Shown here one piece after another: positions 8,880 to 18,355 of a stretch of 64,000 bases of DNA. Source of the DNA: an uncultured Candidatus Rokubacteria bacterium (lineage in GTDB: Bacteria; Methylomirabilota; Methylomirabilia; Rokubacteriales; DASRDR01); the NCBI GenBank assembly GCA_963805625.1, contig CAWDVE010000010.1:1600001-1664000 (forward strand). Direction: 5' to 3'. Position 1 is the stretch's first letter. The number at the start of each line of letters is the position of its first letter. The notes beneath the pieces are model-generated. The model saw nothing but the letters and a program-made list of their open reading frames with translations. It was not told the DNA's origin and searched no databases. A program made the translations under genes and the position numbers.

Positions 8880-10253
8880 TTAGCCGAAGGGGAGGAGGAG
8901 CTTCGTCAGAGTCGCGCGAACCTCGTCAGGCGTCGTCACCCCGACGGCCTGCACGATGCCCTTCTTGTCGACCACGACGTTGTGGGGCACCCCACGGAGA
9001 CCGAGCCGGGTGATGTACTCCCCGGTCTCGTCGATGAGCACCGTGCCCTGGATGTTGTGGATCTTGCAGAAATGGAGGGCTTCCTGTCGTGGATTAACGT
9101 GTTCCCACACGTTGACCATGACGATTTCGAGCCCGAACTTCGCGGCCCGACGACGCACCTCCTCGAGTAGCGGAGCCTCCGCGTTGCAGGGTCCTCACCA
9201 GCTGGCGAAGAAGTTCAGGATGAACTTCTTTCCCCGATACTCCTCCGACGTGCGCGGTCGCCCGTCCACCATGTCTGGCAAGCTGAACGACGGGAGAGGC
9301 TTTCCGATCAGGGGATGCCGCCACTGGCTCGGAAGCTCGGCGGGCTCACCGTCCAGCCGATCCTGGAAGACGCTGACCGTGCTGGTGCCCGCGTCCGAGA
9401 CGTACACCGTGCCCGACTGCTGGTCGACCGCCAGGTCCCCGGGAGCCTTGCCGACCGGAACCCGCGCCCATTCCCGGCCGCTCTGGCGGTCGATCACGCT
9501 CACCCGCCCTGTCCCCCGGTTGGCCGCGTAGATGCGGTCGCCCTGGCGCCCCAGCCCCATGCCCACCGGGGCGCGCTCCACGGTGAGCGTCTCCACGACC
9601 TCCTGCTTGTCCAGGTCCACGACCGCCACCGTGCTGACCAGCGAGTTCGCGATGTAGGCGCGCCCCCGCACCGCGTCGACGGCGATCTTGCAGGGCGCGT
9701 AGTCCAGCTTGATCTCGCCGATGGGTTCGTTCGACTCGCCGTCGATGACGGTCATCGAGGCGTCGCCGAAGTTCACGCAGTAGACACGGTCCCGCACCGG
9801 GTCGGCACCGAGGCTGCCCGCCGCCATCTTGGCCGGAACGGTCGCGATGACCTCGAGCCGGTCGGCGTCGATGACGCTCACGGTGTTGTCGGCCGTGTTC
9901 CCCACGTAGACCTTGCGGCGCTCCGGATAGAAGCCCGCCCCGGCGGGGTAGTGCTGGACGGGGATCTGCTTGACCGTCTTGAGGGTCGCCGTGTCGATAA
10001 CCGATACGACGTCGGAGCGTGCGTCGGTCGTGAACACGTGGCCGCCCTGCTTGTCGTGCACGAGGCCAATCGGCTCACGGCCCACCGGCACCTGGGTCAC
10101 GACCTCGCGCGAGTCGAGGTCGAACACGGCGACGCTGTCGCTTCGCGCGCACGCCACGTACCCGCGCCGGCCATCGCCGTCGACGGCGATGCCCTCGGGG
10201 CCATAGCCGACGGGAATCGCGCCCTGCGCGGGGAAGCTATCCGACGTCCCCAT
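8880..10253 (-). CDS. YVTN/YncE-type 7-bladed beta-propeller fused to TlpA/redoxin domain; probable selenoprotein (UxxC)
   Basis: Seven IPVG..P.GIAV-like blades, then PSFSLPD..KFILNFFASW-TGA(9195-9197)-GPCNAEAP continuing in frame into ORF 8880..9158 (GVPHNVVVDKKG); ATG 10253 with GAGGAG RBS. Confidence 0.85.
9170..9182 (-). promoter_or_regulatory. Putative bacterial SECIS hairpin
   Basis: mRNA GCGG-AGGCU-CCGC beginning 12 nt after the in-frame UGA; G-containing apical loop. Confidence 0.55.
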
Positions 10254-10407
10254 GTGCTCTCCTCGCGAAACGAAACTGTCGATGCTAGGTGAAGAGTGCC
10301 GATGTTCCAGGCCCGGAGCCCGGCACACTATGCCCGATCACCCCTGGCATCGCAAGGTATTCCCCTCCACACCTCGCAGGGGGGACCCGGCGCGTGGCGG
10401 CCACCGG

Positions 10408-11388
10408 TCACGCCTGCCCCGTCCCGCCCGCAGAATCCGCAAGCGGGAGGCGACGACGACGGGCCAGGCCCCGCAGGCGCGTTGTCGCCTCGACCAGCCC
10501 GCCGGGAAGGAGGAGCACGATCGCGATGAACAGCACCCCGAAGATGAGCAGGTGCAGATCGACCCAGCGCAGCGCCAGGTACTCCCGCAGGAAAACGAAC
10601 AGGGCCGCGCCGAGGACCGGCCCGTGCACCGTACCCACTCCCCCGATGAAGGTGATCAGCACGGCGTCGAAGGTCCACGTCGGGCTGAACGCGTGCTGCG
10701 GGTAGTAGCTGATGTGATAGAAGGCGAACAGCCCCCCGGCGAGCCCGGCGAGGCCCGTGGACACGGCCACGGCGGCGAGCTTGACCCGGAAGGCCCCCAC
10801 GCCCGAAGCCTCGGCGGCCATCTCGTCTTCCCGGATGGCCTCCATGGCGAGCCCGAGCCGCGAGGCGGCCAGCCACGCCACGGCCAGCGTCGTCCCCACC
10901 GCGAGCGCGGCCGCGGCGTAGTAACGGTCCGAAAGTCGATAGGCCGCGATGGCCCCCGCCGGCAGCGTGGAGATCTCGGGGAGCACGTTGCCCACCGCGA
11001 TCCGGAGCACCTCGGCGAGTGCCAGGGTTCCGATCGCGAAGTAGGCGCCGCGCAGCCGGAACGCCGCGAGCCCCACGGCGACGCCCGCCACCGTGGCGAG
11101 CGCAACCCCCGCCGCCATCGCGATGGGGATCGTCACGCCACCCGTCCACAGATGGCGCGTCGCCAGGGCGCCGAGCCCGAAGAAGGCGGCGTGCCCGAGG
11201 TTCACCTGGCCCGCCTGCCCGCCCATGACGTTCCAGCTCTGGGCGAGCGCCACCAGGAGGAAGAACACCACTCCCAGGTTGAGCCAGTCCTCGCGGGCGA
11301 CAGCGAGCGGGGCGAGCCCGAGGAAAGCCAGCGCCACGGCCGTCCACACGGCGCGGCCGACCCCGACGCGGCGCCAACCGCCGATCAC
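10408..11388 (-). CDS. Branched-chain amino acid ABC transporter permease (LivM-like)
   Basis: WNVMGGQAGQVNLGHAAFFGLG, RLRGAYFAIGTLA, AIREDEMAAEASG, GGVGTVHGP. Confidence 0.92.
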   Translation of the reverse strand: MIGGWRRVGVGRAVWTAVALAFLGLAPLAVAREDWLNLGVVFFLLVALAQSWNVMGGQAGQVNLGHAAFFGLGALATRHLWTGGVTIPIAMAAGVALATVAGVAVGLAAFRLRGAYFAIGTLALAEVLRIAVGNVLPEISTLPAGAIAAYRLSDRYYAAAALAVGTTLAVAWLAASRLGLAMEAIREDEMAAEASGVGAFRVKLAAVAVSTGLAGLAGGLFAFYHISYYPQHAFSPTWTFDAVLITFIGGVGTVHGPVLGAALFVFLREYLALRWVDLHLLIFGVLFIAIVLLLPGGLVEATTRLRGLARRRRLPLADSAGGTGQA

Positions 11389-12107
11389 ACCCGCCCCCCG
11401 GCGAAGGCGCCGTCAGAAATCCGCCGCGGCGGCGCGGGGTCCGCGTGGCGGTGCAGGATCTTTCCGGCCGGCGTCACCCGCGGCGCCTGTCGCTCGACCT
11501 GCAAGAGCCCGAGACTCCGCCACTCGAGCTCCATGACCCGCTCCACCCCGGAGCCGCGTCCGAGCGCCGTCAGGAACGCATCGGCGACGCGGACGGGGTC
11601 GATGGGCCCAAGCCTCGGGTGCACCAGCAGCCGGAGACGAGGCTGCCCGTCCGACGCCTGGTCCTCGACGAGCTGATAGTCCGTCGGGGAGCCGCCGAAC
11701 CGGCCGGGTAGCACCTCCTCGAGCACCTGGATGACCTCCGAGTCCACGAAGTTCATGCCGCCCGCCGTCAGCTTCTCGTAGCTCCGGATCGTGCGCAGGT
11801 GCGTCGACCATCCGAAGGTCTCCATGGCGCAGCTACACGCCCGTCGCCTCAGGATGGCGCGGTCGCCCAGCGACACGTTCAAGACGACGAAGGGGGCCGT
11901 GGGGCGCAGCGCCGAGACGAGCAGCGCCCCGGGCGGAATCCCCGGCGCCCGCCCCTGGCCGGCCTGGACCAATGCGTGGAGATCGTCATAGAGGTGGGTG
12001 GGGTGGCGGAGAAGCCGGGGCACCTCCAGGAAGAAGCGCGTCCCGATGAGCGCCTCCGCGCGCAGGCCACCCACGGTCAGCTCGACGGGACCCCTGCCGC
12101 CGGTCAC
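11385..12107 (-). CDS. Phenylacetate-CoA ligase/CapK-like C-terminal domain protein, probably internally deleted
   Basis: LNVSLGD..RACSC..IRSYEKLTAGGM..YQLVE..TPAGKILH resemble the ANL/CapK C-terminus; only 240 aa; GTGA overlaps with both flanking permeases. Confidence 0.55.
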   Translation of the reverse strand: MTGGRGPVELTVGGLRAEALIGTRFFLEVPRLLRHPTHLYDDLHALVQAGQGRAPGIPPGALLVSALRPTAPFVVLNVSLGDRAILRRRACSCAMETFGWSTHLRTIRSYEKLTAGGMNFVDSEVIQVLEEVLPGRFGGSPTDYQLVEDQASDGQPRLRLLVHPRLGPIDPVRVADAFLTALGRGSGVERVMELEWRSLGLLQVERQAPRVTPAGKILHRHADPAPPRRISDGAFAGGRV

Positions 12108-12976
12108 GAACGTCCGAAGAGGCCCTGTGGACGCGCCACCAGGACGCAGAAGAAGAGAAGCAGGCCCACCACCTCGCGGTATGCCCCTCCGAACACCACG
12201 GCGCTGAGCGCCTCGGCACACCCGAGCACGACGCCGCCCACGAACGTGCCGAGGGCGGACCCGAGTCCGGCCAGCACGATCACGATCAGCGCCTTGAGGG
12301 TCCACTCGAGACCGATGGACGGGCTGATCGAATAGCCCAGGCTGACGAGGGTACCGGCCGCACCGGCCAGGGCGGTGCCGATGGCAAAGGCGAGCCCGTA
12401 GGCGCGGCGCACGTCGATCCCGAGCAGGCTCGCCGCTTCCCAGTCCTCGGCCGTCGCGCGGATCGCCTGCCCCCAGCGGGCCCATCGGAGGAAGGCGTGC
12501 AGGAGGGCGATCAGCGCGAGGGCGACGAGGAGACTCAGGAGGCGCCCCAGCGGCACCACGACGCCCCCGAGCGCGAGGGCGCGGCCGCGGTATGCGGTCG
12601 TGATCGACCGCTCATCCGCCGTGAACAGCCGGACGGCCAGCGCCTGGAGGGTGAGGGCAAGCCCGAAACCGACCAGGAGCGAGTTCTTGATCCGCGTCTC
12701 CTCGCCGTGGCGCACGATGAACCGGAACACACCGCCGTAGAGGAGGGCGCCCAGCCCCCCCGCCAGCGGGATGACCAGCAGCAGCGCCACGAATGGGTCC
12801 AGCCCGAGGATCGCGACCAGCCCGAATGCGGCGTATCCGCCCAGCATGATCAGCTCGCCGTGGGCCACGTTGAGGACTCGCAGGACGCCGAACACGAGCG
12901 AGAGCCCCGCAGCCGCCAGTCCGTAGAGCCCTCCCAGCAGAACGCCCAGGACCAGTTGCTGCGCGAGCGCGGTCAC
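12104..12976 (-). CDS. Branched-chain amino acid ABC transporter permease (LivH-like)
   Basis: GLSLVFGVLRVLNVAHGELIMLG, GQAIRATAED, RPQGLFG. Confidence 0.92.
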   Translation of the reverse strand: MTALAQQLVLGVLLGGLYGLAAAGLSLVFGVLRVLNVAHGELIMLGGYAAFGLVAILGLDPFVALLLVIPLAGGLGALLYGGVFRFIVRHGEETRIKNSLLVGFGLALTLQALAVRLFTADERSITTAYRGRALALGGVVVPLGRLLSLLVALALIALLHAFLRWARWGQAIRATAEDWEAASLLGIDVRRAYGLAFAIGTALAGAAGTLVSLGYSISPSIGLEWTLKALIVIVLAGLGSALGTFVGGVVLGCAEALSAVVFGGAYREVVGLLLFFCVLVARPQGLFGRS

Positions 12977-12989
12977 GCCGACCTCGCCG

Positions 12990-13709
12990 TCACGGCTCGA
13001 CCGCCAGCGGCCCGAGATAGGCCCGCCGAACCTCGGGATCGGCCAGGACCTCCGCGCCTCGGCCCTGCCCCACCACTCGACCGTGCTCGAGCAGGTAGGC
13101 GCGGTGCGCCAGGTCGAGCGCAGCCCTGACGTTCTGCTCGACGAGGAAGACCGCCACCCCCGCCCGGTTGATCTCCAGAAGCACGGCGAGCAGCGACTCC
13201 ACCACGCGCGGTGCGAGCCCGAGCGAGGGCTCGTCCAGCATCAGGAGGCTCGGCCGGGTCATGAGCGCCCGTCCGATGGCGACCATCTGCTGCTCGCCGC
13301 CCGACAGAGCGCCCGCCAGCTGGCGGCGTCGCTCGGCCAGCCGCGGGAAGATCTGGTAAACGCGCTCGAGCGTCGCCTGACGCTCGGGACGCGCCCGTGG
13401 AGTGAAGGCCCCGAGCGCGAGGTTCTCCTCGACTGTCATGTGGCCGAAGAGCCGCCGGCCCTCGGGCACCATCGCCACGCCGCGCTCGACCACCCGATGC
13501 GGCCCGAGCCCGCCGAGATCCTGGCCCTGCCAGAGGACGCGACCCGCGCGTGGCCGGGTCAGCCCGGCGATGCAGCGGAGGAGCGTGGTCTTCCCCGCGC
13601 CGTTGGACCCGACGAGCGCCACGATCTCGTCCGAGCCGACCTGGACGCCGACCCCGACGAGGGCGCGAAGCTCCCCGTATGCCGCGTCGAGATCCTGCAC
13701 CTCAAGCAT
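12990..13709 (-). CDS. ABC transporter ATP-binding protein (LivF-like)
   Basis: GSNGAGKTT, VPEGRRLF, LSGGEQQM, LDEPSLGLAP, VEQN. Confidence 0.95.
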   Translation of the reverse strand: MLEVQDLDAAYGELRALVGVGVQVGSDEIVALVGSNGAGKTTLLRCIAGLTRPRAGRVLWQGQDLGGLGPHRVVERGVAMVPEGRRLFGHMTVEENLALGAFTPRARPERQATLERVYQIFPRLAERRRQLAGALSGGEQQMVAIGRALMTRPSLLMLDEPSLGLAPRVVESLLAVLLEINRAGVAVFLVEQNVRAALDLAHRAYLLEHGRVVGQGRGAEVLADPEVRRAYLGPLAVEP

Positions 13710-14469
13710 CTGCCCGGCTCCCGGCGCCCTTCCCGCTTCCGCCGCCCCCCAGATAGGCGTCGATGACGGCCGGATCGACGGCGACGGCGGTCGGCGCCCC
13801 GTCGGCGATCTTCTCGCCCGCGCTCAGGACCACGATCCGGTCGGAGAGGTCGAGAAGGGCCCACACGATGTGCTCCACGATCAGGAGGGTCGTCCCCTCG
13901 CCGCGGACGCGCCGGATGACCGCCATCGCGTCGGCGGTCTCGGCAGGGGTCAGCCCGGCCATGAACTCATCGAGCAGGAGGAGCTCGGCTCCGGTAGCGA
14001 GCGCGCGGGCCAGCTCGAGCCGCCGCCGCTCGATGAGGCTCAGGCGCGTGGCCATGAGGTGCGCCTTCGCGTCGAGCCCAACCAGGGCCAGGAAGCGCGC
14101 GGCTGCGCGCTCGGAGTCGCGCCCGGTGGCTCGCAGGCGGCCATGCAAGAGACCCACGAGGACGTTGTCGATCACGCTGAGGCCCGGGAACGGACGCGAG
14201 TGCTGGAAGGTTCGCCCGACCCCGTGCGCGCAGCGCCGGTGCGGCGGCAGCCGGGTGACGTCCCGGCCCCGCAGGCGGATGCGTCCGCTGTCGGGACGGA
14301 ACATCCCCGCGATCAGGTTGAAGAGCGTCGTCTTGCCGGAGCCATTCGGCCCCATGATGCCGACGACGGTGCCCGCCGGGACGTCGAGGCTCACGCCCCA
14401 AACTGCCTGCACGCCCGCGAAGGCTTTCGAGACGCCTTCGAGGGCGAGCAGGGGCTCGGCGCGCGTCAC
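13702..14469 (-). CDS. ABC transporter ATP-binding protein (LivG-like)
   Basis: GPNGSGKTT, GRTFQ, LLLDE, VEH, VIDAYLG. Confidence 0.93.
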   Translation of the reverse strand: MTRAEPLLALEGVSKAFAGVQAVWGVSLDVPAGTVVGIMGPNGSGKTTLFNLIAGMFRPDSGRIRLRGRDVTRLPPHRRCAHGVGRTFQHSRPFPGLSVIDNVLVGLLHGRLRATGRDSERAAARFLALVGLDAKAHLMATRLSLIERRRLELARALATGAELLLLDEFMAGLTPAETADAMAVIRRVRGEGTTLLIVEHIVWALLDLSDRIVVLSAGEKIADGAPTAVAVDPAVIDAYLGGGGSGKGAGSRADA

Positions 14470-14494
14470 GCGCGGCTCAGTCGTCGGCCGCGGC

Positions 14495-15697
14495 TCAGCG
14501 CTTGGAATAGGGCGGGGCCGGGTAGGCCAGCGGCTGCGTGGCGAACTCCTTCGGCCAGACCAGCTCCTGCTGACCGTTGAGCCACTGAAGGAACGCTCCC
14601 TGCACGACCCCCGTACCGTCGGCACGGAACTTCACCGGCCCGACCACGGTCATCATGTCGGTGGCGGCGATGGCGTCTCGCACCTTCTCCCGGTCCAGGG
14701 CACCGGTCTTGGTGAGCGCCGCCGTCAGGATCTGTACGCACGCGTACGACGGGCCGGTGATCGGGTCCGAGGGGCGCCCGATCTTCTTGACGTGCGCCGC
14801 ATTCAGCTCGGTCACGCCCGGATACTTGAACGCGTGGTGCCAGCCCGGGGCGAACACGACATAGTCACCGTCCTTGCCGAGGTTCTTCGACCAAACGGGC
14901 GCATCGGGCGCCCGGATCATGAGCGCCAGCTTGGGGTTGAAATCGAGCTCGTGCATCTGCTTAACGATCGCCATGCCGTCCGGCGGGGTCGGGAGCGCGA
15001 AGACGGCGTCGGCTTGGGCCGCCTTGGCCTTGAGGATCAGATCCGAGTAATCCTTCGCGCCCGGCGCATACTCACCCTGAGCGACCACCTCATAGCCGGC
15101 GCCCTTCCCGGCCTCTGCCCACGCCCCGGCCATCTCCCGGCCCCAGTCGGTCTTCTCGAGGAAGAGCGCGACCTTCTTGGGGCGGTCGGAGGCCGGAATC
15201 GAGGTCAGCATCGGCACCAGTTGCTGGCCGATGTCCGGCGACTTCCAGAACGGGGAGAAGAGGTATCGGAACCCCTGCTGGTGGATCTTGTGAAGGGCGA
15301 AGGCCACGCCCAGATACGGGATCTTGTTCTTCTCGGCCGCCGAAGCCGCCGCCGCGTGGAGATCCGACCCGAACGTGCCCAGGTACGCCACGACGCCCTG
15401 CGTGGCTAGGCTCTCGTAGCGGGCCACCGTCTTCGTCGCGTCGGACTCGTCGTCCAGGATCACGAGCTCGAGCGGCATCTTCGCCCCGCCCACGGTGACG
15501 CCCCCCGCCCGGTTCACGTCCTCGATCGCGAGCTCGTAACCGACCCGCACTTGGGCGCCCGGGGCCGCGTACCGCCCCGTCAGCGGCACGACCGCTCCGA
15601 CCTTGATCGTCTGGGCGGCCGCCGCCGCCGGCCAGGCGAGCCAACCGGTCACGAGCATCGCCGCGAGCCCACTCAGGACCCATCCTCGTCGCGTCAT
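14495..15697 (-). CDS. Liv-type ABC transporter substrate-binding protein
   Basis: Signal peptide MTRRGWVL..AAAQ, IKVGAVVPLTGRYA, LDDESD, GPVKF. Confidence 0.92.
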   Translation of the reverse strand: MTRRGWVLSGLAAMLVTGWLAWPAAAAAQTIKVGAVVPLTGRYAAPGAQVRVGYELAIEDVNRAGGVTVGGAKMPLELVILDDESDATKTVARYESLATQGVVAYLGTFGSDLHAAAASAAEKNKIPYLGVAFALHKIHQQGFRYLFSPFWKSPDIGQQLVPMLTSIPASDRPKKVALFLEKTDWGREMAGAWAEAGKGAGYEVVAQGEYAPGAKDYSDLILKAKAAQADAVFALPTPPDGMAIVKQMHELDFNPKLALMIRAPDAPVWSKNLGKDGDYVVFAPGWHHAFKYPGVTELNAAHVKKIGRPSDPITGPSYACVQILTAALTKTGALDREKVRDAIAATDMMTVVGPVKFRADGTGVVQGAFLQWLNGQQELVWPKEFATQPLAYPAPPYSKR

Positions 15698-16359
15698 TGC
15701 GCCCCTCCCTTTCGATGAGAGCCCCTGGCCAAACGGCGCCGCACCGAGCGCCCGTGCGGCGGGCGCTCCGAGCCGACGCTGGCTCCCGGCTCGTCGGGCC
15801 GTGCCTCGTAGAAGGTGACGTTCAAGAAGCCCGGAGGCGTCCGGGCAACCAAGAGCCGGGCGACCTCGGGACCGTGATTCTCGATCCGGTGGGGCAAGCT
15901 GCCGTCCCAGTGGAAGCTGTCCCCGCGCGCCAGCACGAACCGCTGGTCTCCCTGGACGGCGGTGATGGTGCCCTCGAGCACCCAGTGACACTCCTCCCCC
16001 TCGTGCGAGTGCGTGCGTCCCCCCGCCGTGTAGCCCGACGGGATCTCGAGCAAGAGCATCTCGAGGCTCCGGTTCGGGGCCGAGAGGAAGAACACGAGCT
16101 TGTCCGGCTCCCCGAACGAGACGGCCCGGCGCTCGGCTCGACGGGTGACGTGGCATCCGAAGGCCTCCTCGAGGAAGAGGTACGTCAGCGGGACGCCCAG
16201 CGCCTGGGCGAGCTTCTGGACGGTCTGGAGCGAGGGCGAGGCCTTCCCCGTCTCCACCTGGCTGATGTAGGGCTTGGAGAGACCGCACTTGCGCGCAAGA
16301 TCCTCGATGATCATCCCGCGCCGGACTCGAAGCTCCCGCACCCTGCGCCCCACGTCCAC
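15694..16359 (-). CDS. XRE-family HTH + cupin transcriptional regulator
   Basis: LARKCGLSKPYISQVETGKASPSL HTH; HSHEGEE..GDSFHW..PHR cupin. Confidence 0.92.
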   Translation of the reverse strand: MDVGRRVRELRVRRGMIIEDLARKCGLSKPYISQVETGKASPSLQTVQKLAQALGVPLTYLFLEEAFGCHVTRRAERRAVSFGEPDKLVFFLSAPNRSLEMLLLEIPSGYTAGGRTHSHEGEECHWVLEGTITAVQGDQRFVLARGDSFHWDGSLPHRIENHGPEVARLLVARTPPGFLNVTFYEARPDEPGASVGSERPPHGRSVRRRLARGSHRKGGAQ

Positions 16360-16447
16360 CGCTCTTCCTCGCGCTCCTTTCGCCGGGCTATGCTGTGCGT
16401 CGAGCGTGAAGAAGGGCCCGACCGCTTGACAGATTCGACCGAATGGT

Positions 16448-16484
16448 GTTTGACACTAGCGAACCAAGCTTGCTGCTGTCAACA
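16448..16484. promoter_or_regulatory. Inverted repeat / divergent promoter-operator between XRE regulator and CMD-metE operon
   Basis: TTGACA(16450)ctAGCGA...TTGCTgcTGTCAA(16482): imperfect palindrome giving a -35 TTGACA on each strand; minus-strand TAGTGT 18 nt downstream. Confidence 0.5.
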
Positions 16485-16585
16485 CGCCCGCCGGGCGTCC
16501 CGGTCGGCCGGGTCCGCCGGATCGCCCGGACATCGGCGGCCTGCGCCGGCCCTGCCGGCCGTCTCCCCAGGGAGGATCGACGACC

Positions 16586-17026
16586 ATGCCCGCGCCGGAG
16601 CTGCCTGGATCGCTTCCACCGCACGCCATCTCCGAGGCCGAGCTGGCCGCCATGCGCGCCCCGTACGAGACCCTCATCGGCTTCGTCCCGCCCCGGATCA
16701 TGGCGCGGACGGACCTCCTGGCCCGGCTGGACCCGGATCTCCTCCGGCTCGAGGAGGCGGCCCGGCTCCGCGCCATGTACCCCACGTGCTTCGACGTGAA
16801 GACGTCGCAGCTCATGCTGTTCGGCATTCTCCTCGCCTTGATGGGGGACGCGGCGCGGCTCCACGCGATCGCCGCCCGGCGCGCAGGCGCCTCGTGGGAG
16901 GAGCTGTCGGCCGTCGTCAGCCTCGCGTTCCTCTTCCGGGGCCTCCCGGCCGCGAACCTCGGAGCCGAGATCATCCAGAAGCTGGCCGAGGCCGAGCGCG
17001 GCGCCCCGGCACCCTCGAAGCCGTGA
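16586..17026 (+). CDS. Carboxymuconolactone decarboxylase (CMD/AhpD-like) family protein
   Basis: DVKTSQLMLFGILL..HAIAARRAGASWEEL; no CxxC; GGAGG RBS. Confidence 0.8.
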   Translation: MPAPELPGSLPPHAISEAELAAMRAPYETLIGFVPPRIMARTDLLARLDPDLLRLEEAARLRAMYPTCFDVKTSQLMLFGILLALMGDAARLHAIAARRAGASWEELSAVVSLAFLFRGLPAANLGAEIIQKLAEAERGAPAPSKP

Positions 17027-17081
17027 CGGCGTGCGCGGGCCGAGCAGAGCTCCTCTCCGCGCGACGCCAGGAGGTCCCGCG

Positions 17082-18182
17082 ATGACCACGCCATACCGCG
17101 CCGATCAGGTCGGCAGCTTCCTCCGCCCAGCCGCACTCCTCCAGGCGCGGAGCGACCCCGCGACCCGGCCCGAGCACCTGCGAGAGCTGGAGGACCGGGC
17201 GATCCTCGAAGCCCTGACCCACCAGCGCGAGCTCGGGTTCGAGATCTTCACCGACGGGGAGCTCCGTCGCACGAACTTCATGAGCGACTTCTGGGACGCG
17301 GTGGCCGGCCTCGACCACGGCGACGCCGTCGCCCGGATGTGGCAGGTGGGCGGCACTGCATCGGCCCACGTGAGCAGCGTCACCGGCATCGTGACGCAGA
17401 AGCTGCGGCAGCTCCGACGGCTCACCGCGCACGAGCTCCCGTTCATGAAGCAGCACAGCCCCGGCGCGATCAAGGTCACCCTGCCCAGCGCGACCCAGTT
17501 CCCGGCGATCGCGTACAAGCGAGGCATCTCCGACCGCGTCTACGCGAGCCCCTCCGAGTTCCTCTGGGACGTCGTGGCGATCCTGAAGGCCGAGGTGCGG
17601 GCCCTCGTCGAGGAGGGCGTCTCGTACGTCCAGATCGATGCGCCGCGGTACAGCTACTACATGGACCCGAAGTGGCGCGACTGGATCCGCACCGAGATGG
17701 GGCAGGACCCGGACGCGGCGCTCGACGAGGCGGTCCGCGCGGACAACGCCTGCCTCGAAGGGGCGCGCCGGCCCGGCGTGACGCTGGCCATCCATCTCTG
17801 CCGCGGCAACAACCGGAGCCACTGGTATGCCGAGGGCGGCTACGACCCCATCGCCGAGAAGCTCTTCACCTCTCTCCAGGTGGACCGCTTCCTCCTCGAG
17901 TACGACGACGCACGCTCCGGGACCTTCGAGCCGCTCCGGTTCGTGCCCCGGGGGAAAGCGGTCGTGCTCGGCCTGGTCTCGAGCAAGCTGCCCGCGCTCG
18001 AGTCGCCCGCCGAGCTCCGCCAGCGCATCGAGGCCGCGGCGCGCCACGTCCCCCTGGACGACCTCGCGCTCTCGCCGCAGTGCGGCTTCGCCTCGACGAT
18101 GGAGGGCAATCTCCTCACTGAGGCCGACCAGTGGGCAAAGCTCGGCCTGGTCGTGCAGGTCGCCCGGAAGGTCTGGCGCTGA
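17082..18182 (+). CDS. Cobalamin-independent methionine synthase II family protein (MetE catalytic core only)
   Basis: RADQVGSFLRP, TDGELRR, QIDAP, Zn ligands HLCRGN / LEYD / SPQCGFAS; AGGAGG RBS. Confidence 0.9.
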   Translation: MTTPYRADQVGSFLRPAALLQARSDPATRPEHLRELEDRAILEALTHQRELGFEIFTDGELRRTNFMSDFWDAVAGLDHGDAVARMWQVGGTASAHVSSVTGIVTQKLRQLRRLTAHELPFMKQHSPGAIKVTLPSATQFPAIAYKRGISDRVYASPSEFLWDVVAILKAEVRALVEEGVSYVQIDAPRYSYYMDPKWRDWIRTEMGQDPDAALDEAVRADNACLEGARRPGVTLAIHLCRGNNRSHWYAEGGYDPIAEKLFTSLQVDRFLLEYDDARSGTFEPLRFVPRGKAVVLGLVSSKLPALESPAELRQRIEAAARHVPLDDLALSPQCGFASTMEGNLLTEADQWAKLGLVVQVARKVWR

Positions 18183-18355
18183 GCCGGCGCCCGGACAGTG
18201 ACGCCCGGAGACGCGGCGCGATCGGCGTGAGTGGCCTCCACGTTCGCGGGGCCCGGCGGGGAGCCCCTTCCCGCCATCGGGGCCTTGGTGCGAGGATGGA
18301 CGCGTAGGAGCCCATCGGGCTCCCGGGGGAGCCGCCTGACGCCGGCGCGACGACG

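Noticed and set aside
18183-18355. SAM/SAH/cobalamin riboswitch upstream of methionine genes (also 20894-20986)
   Set aside because: GC hairpins are present but no recognisable riboswitch consensus; an Infernal/Rfam scan would be needed
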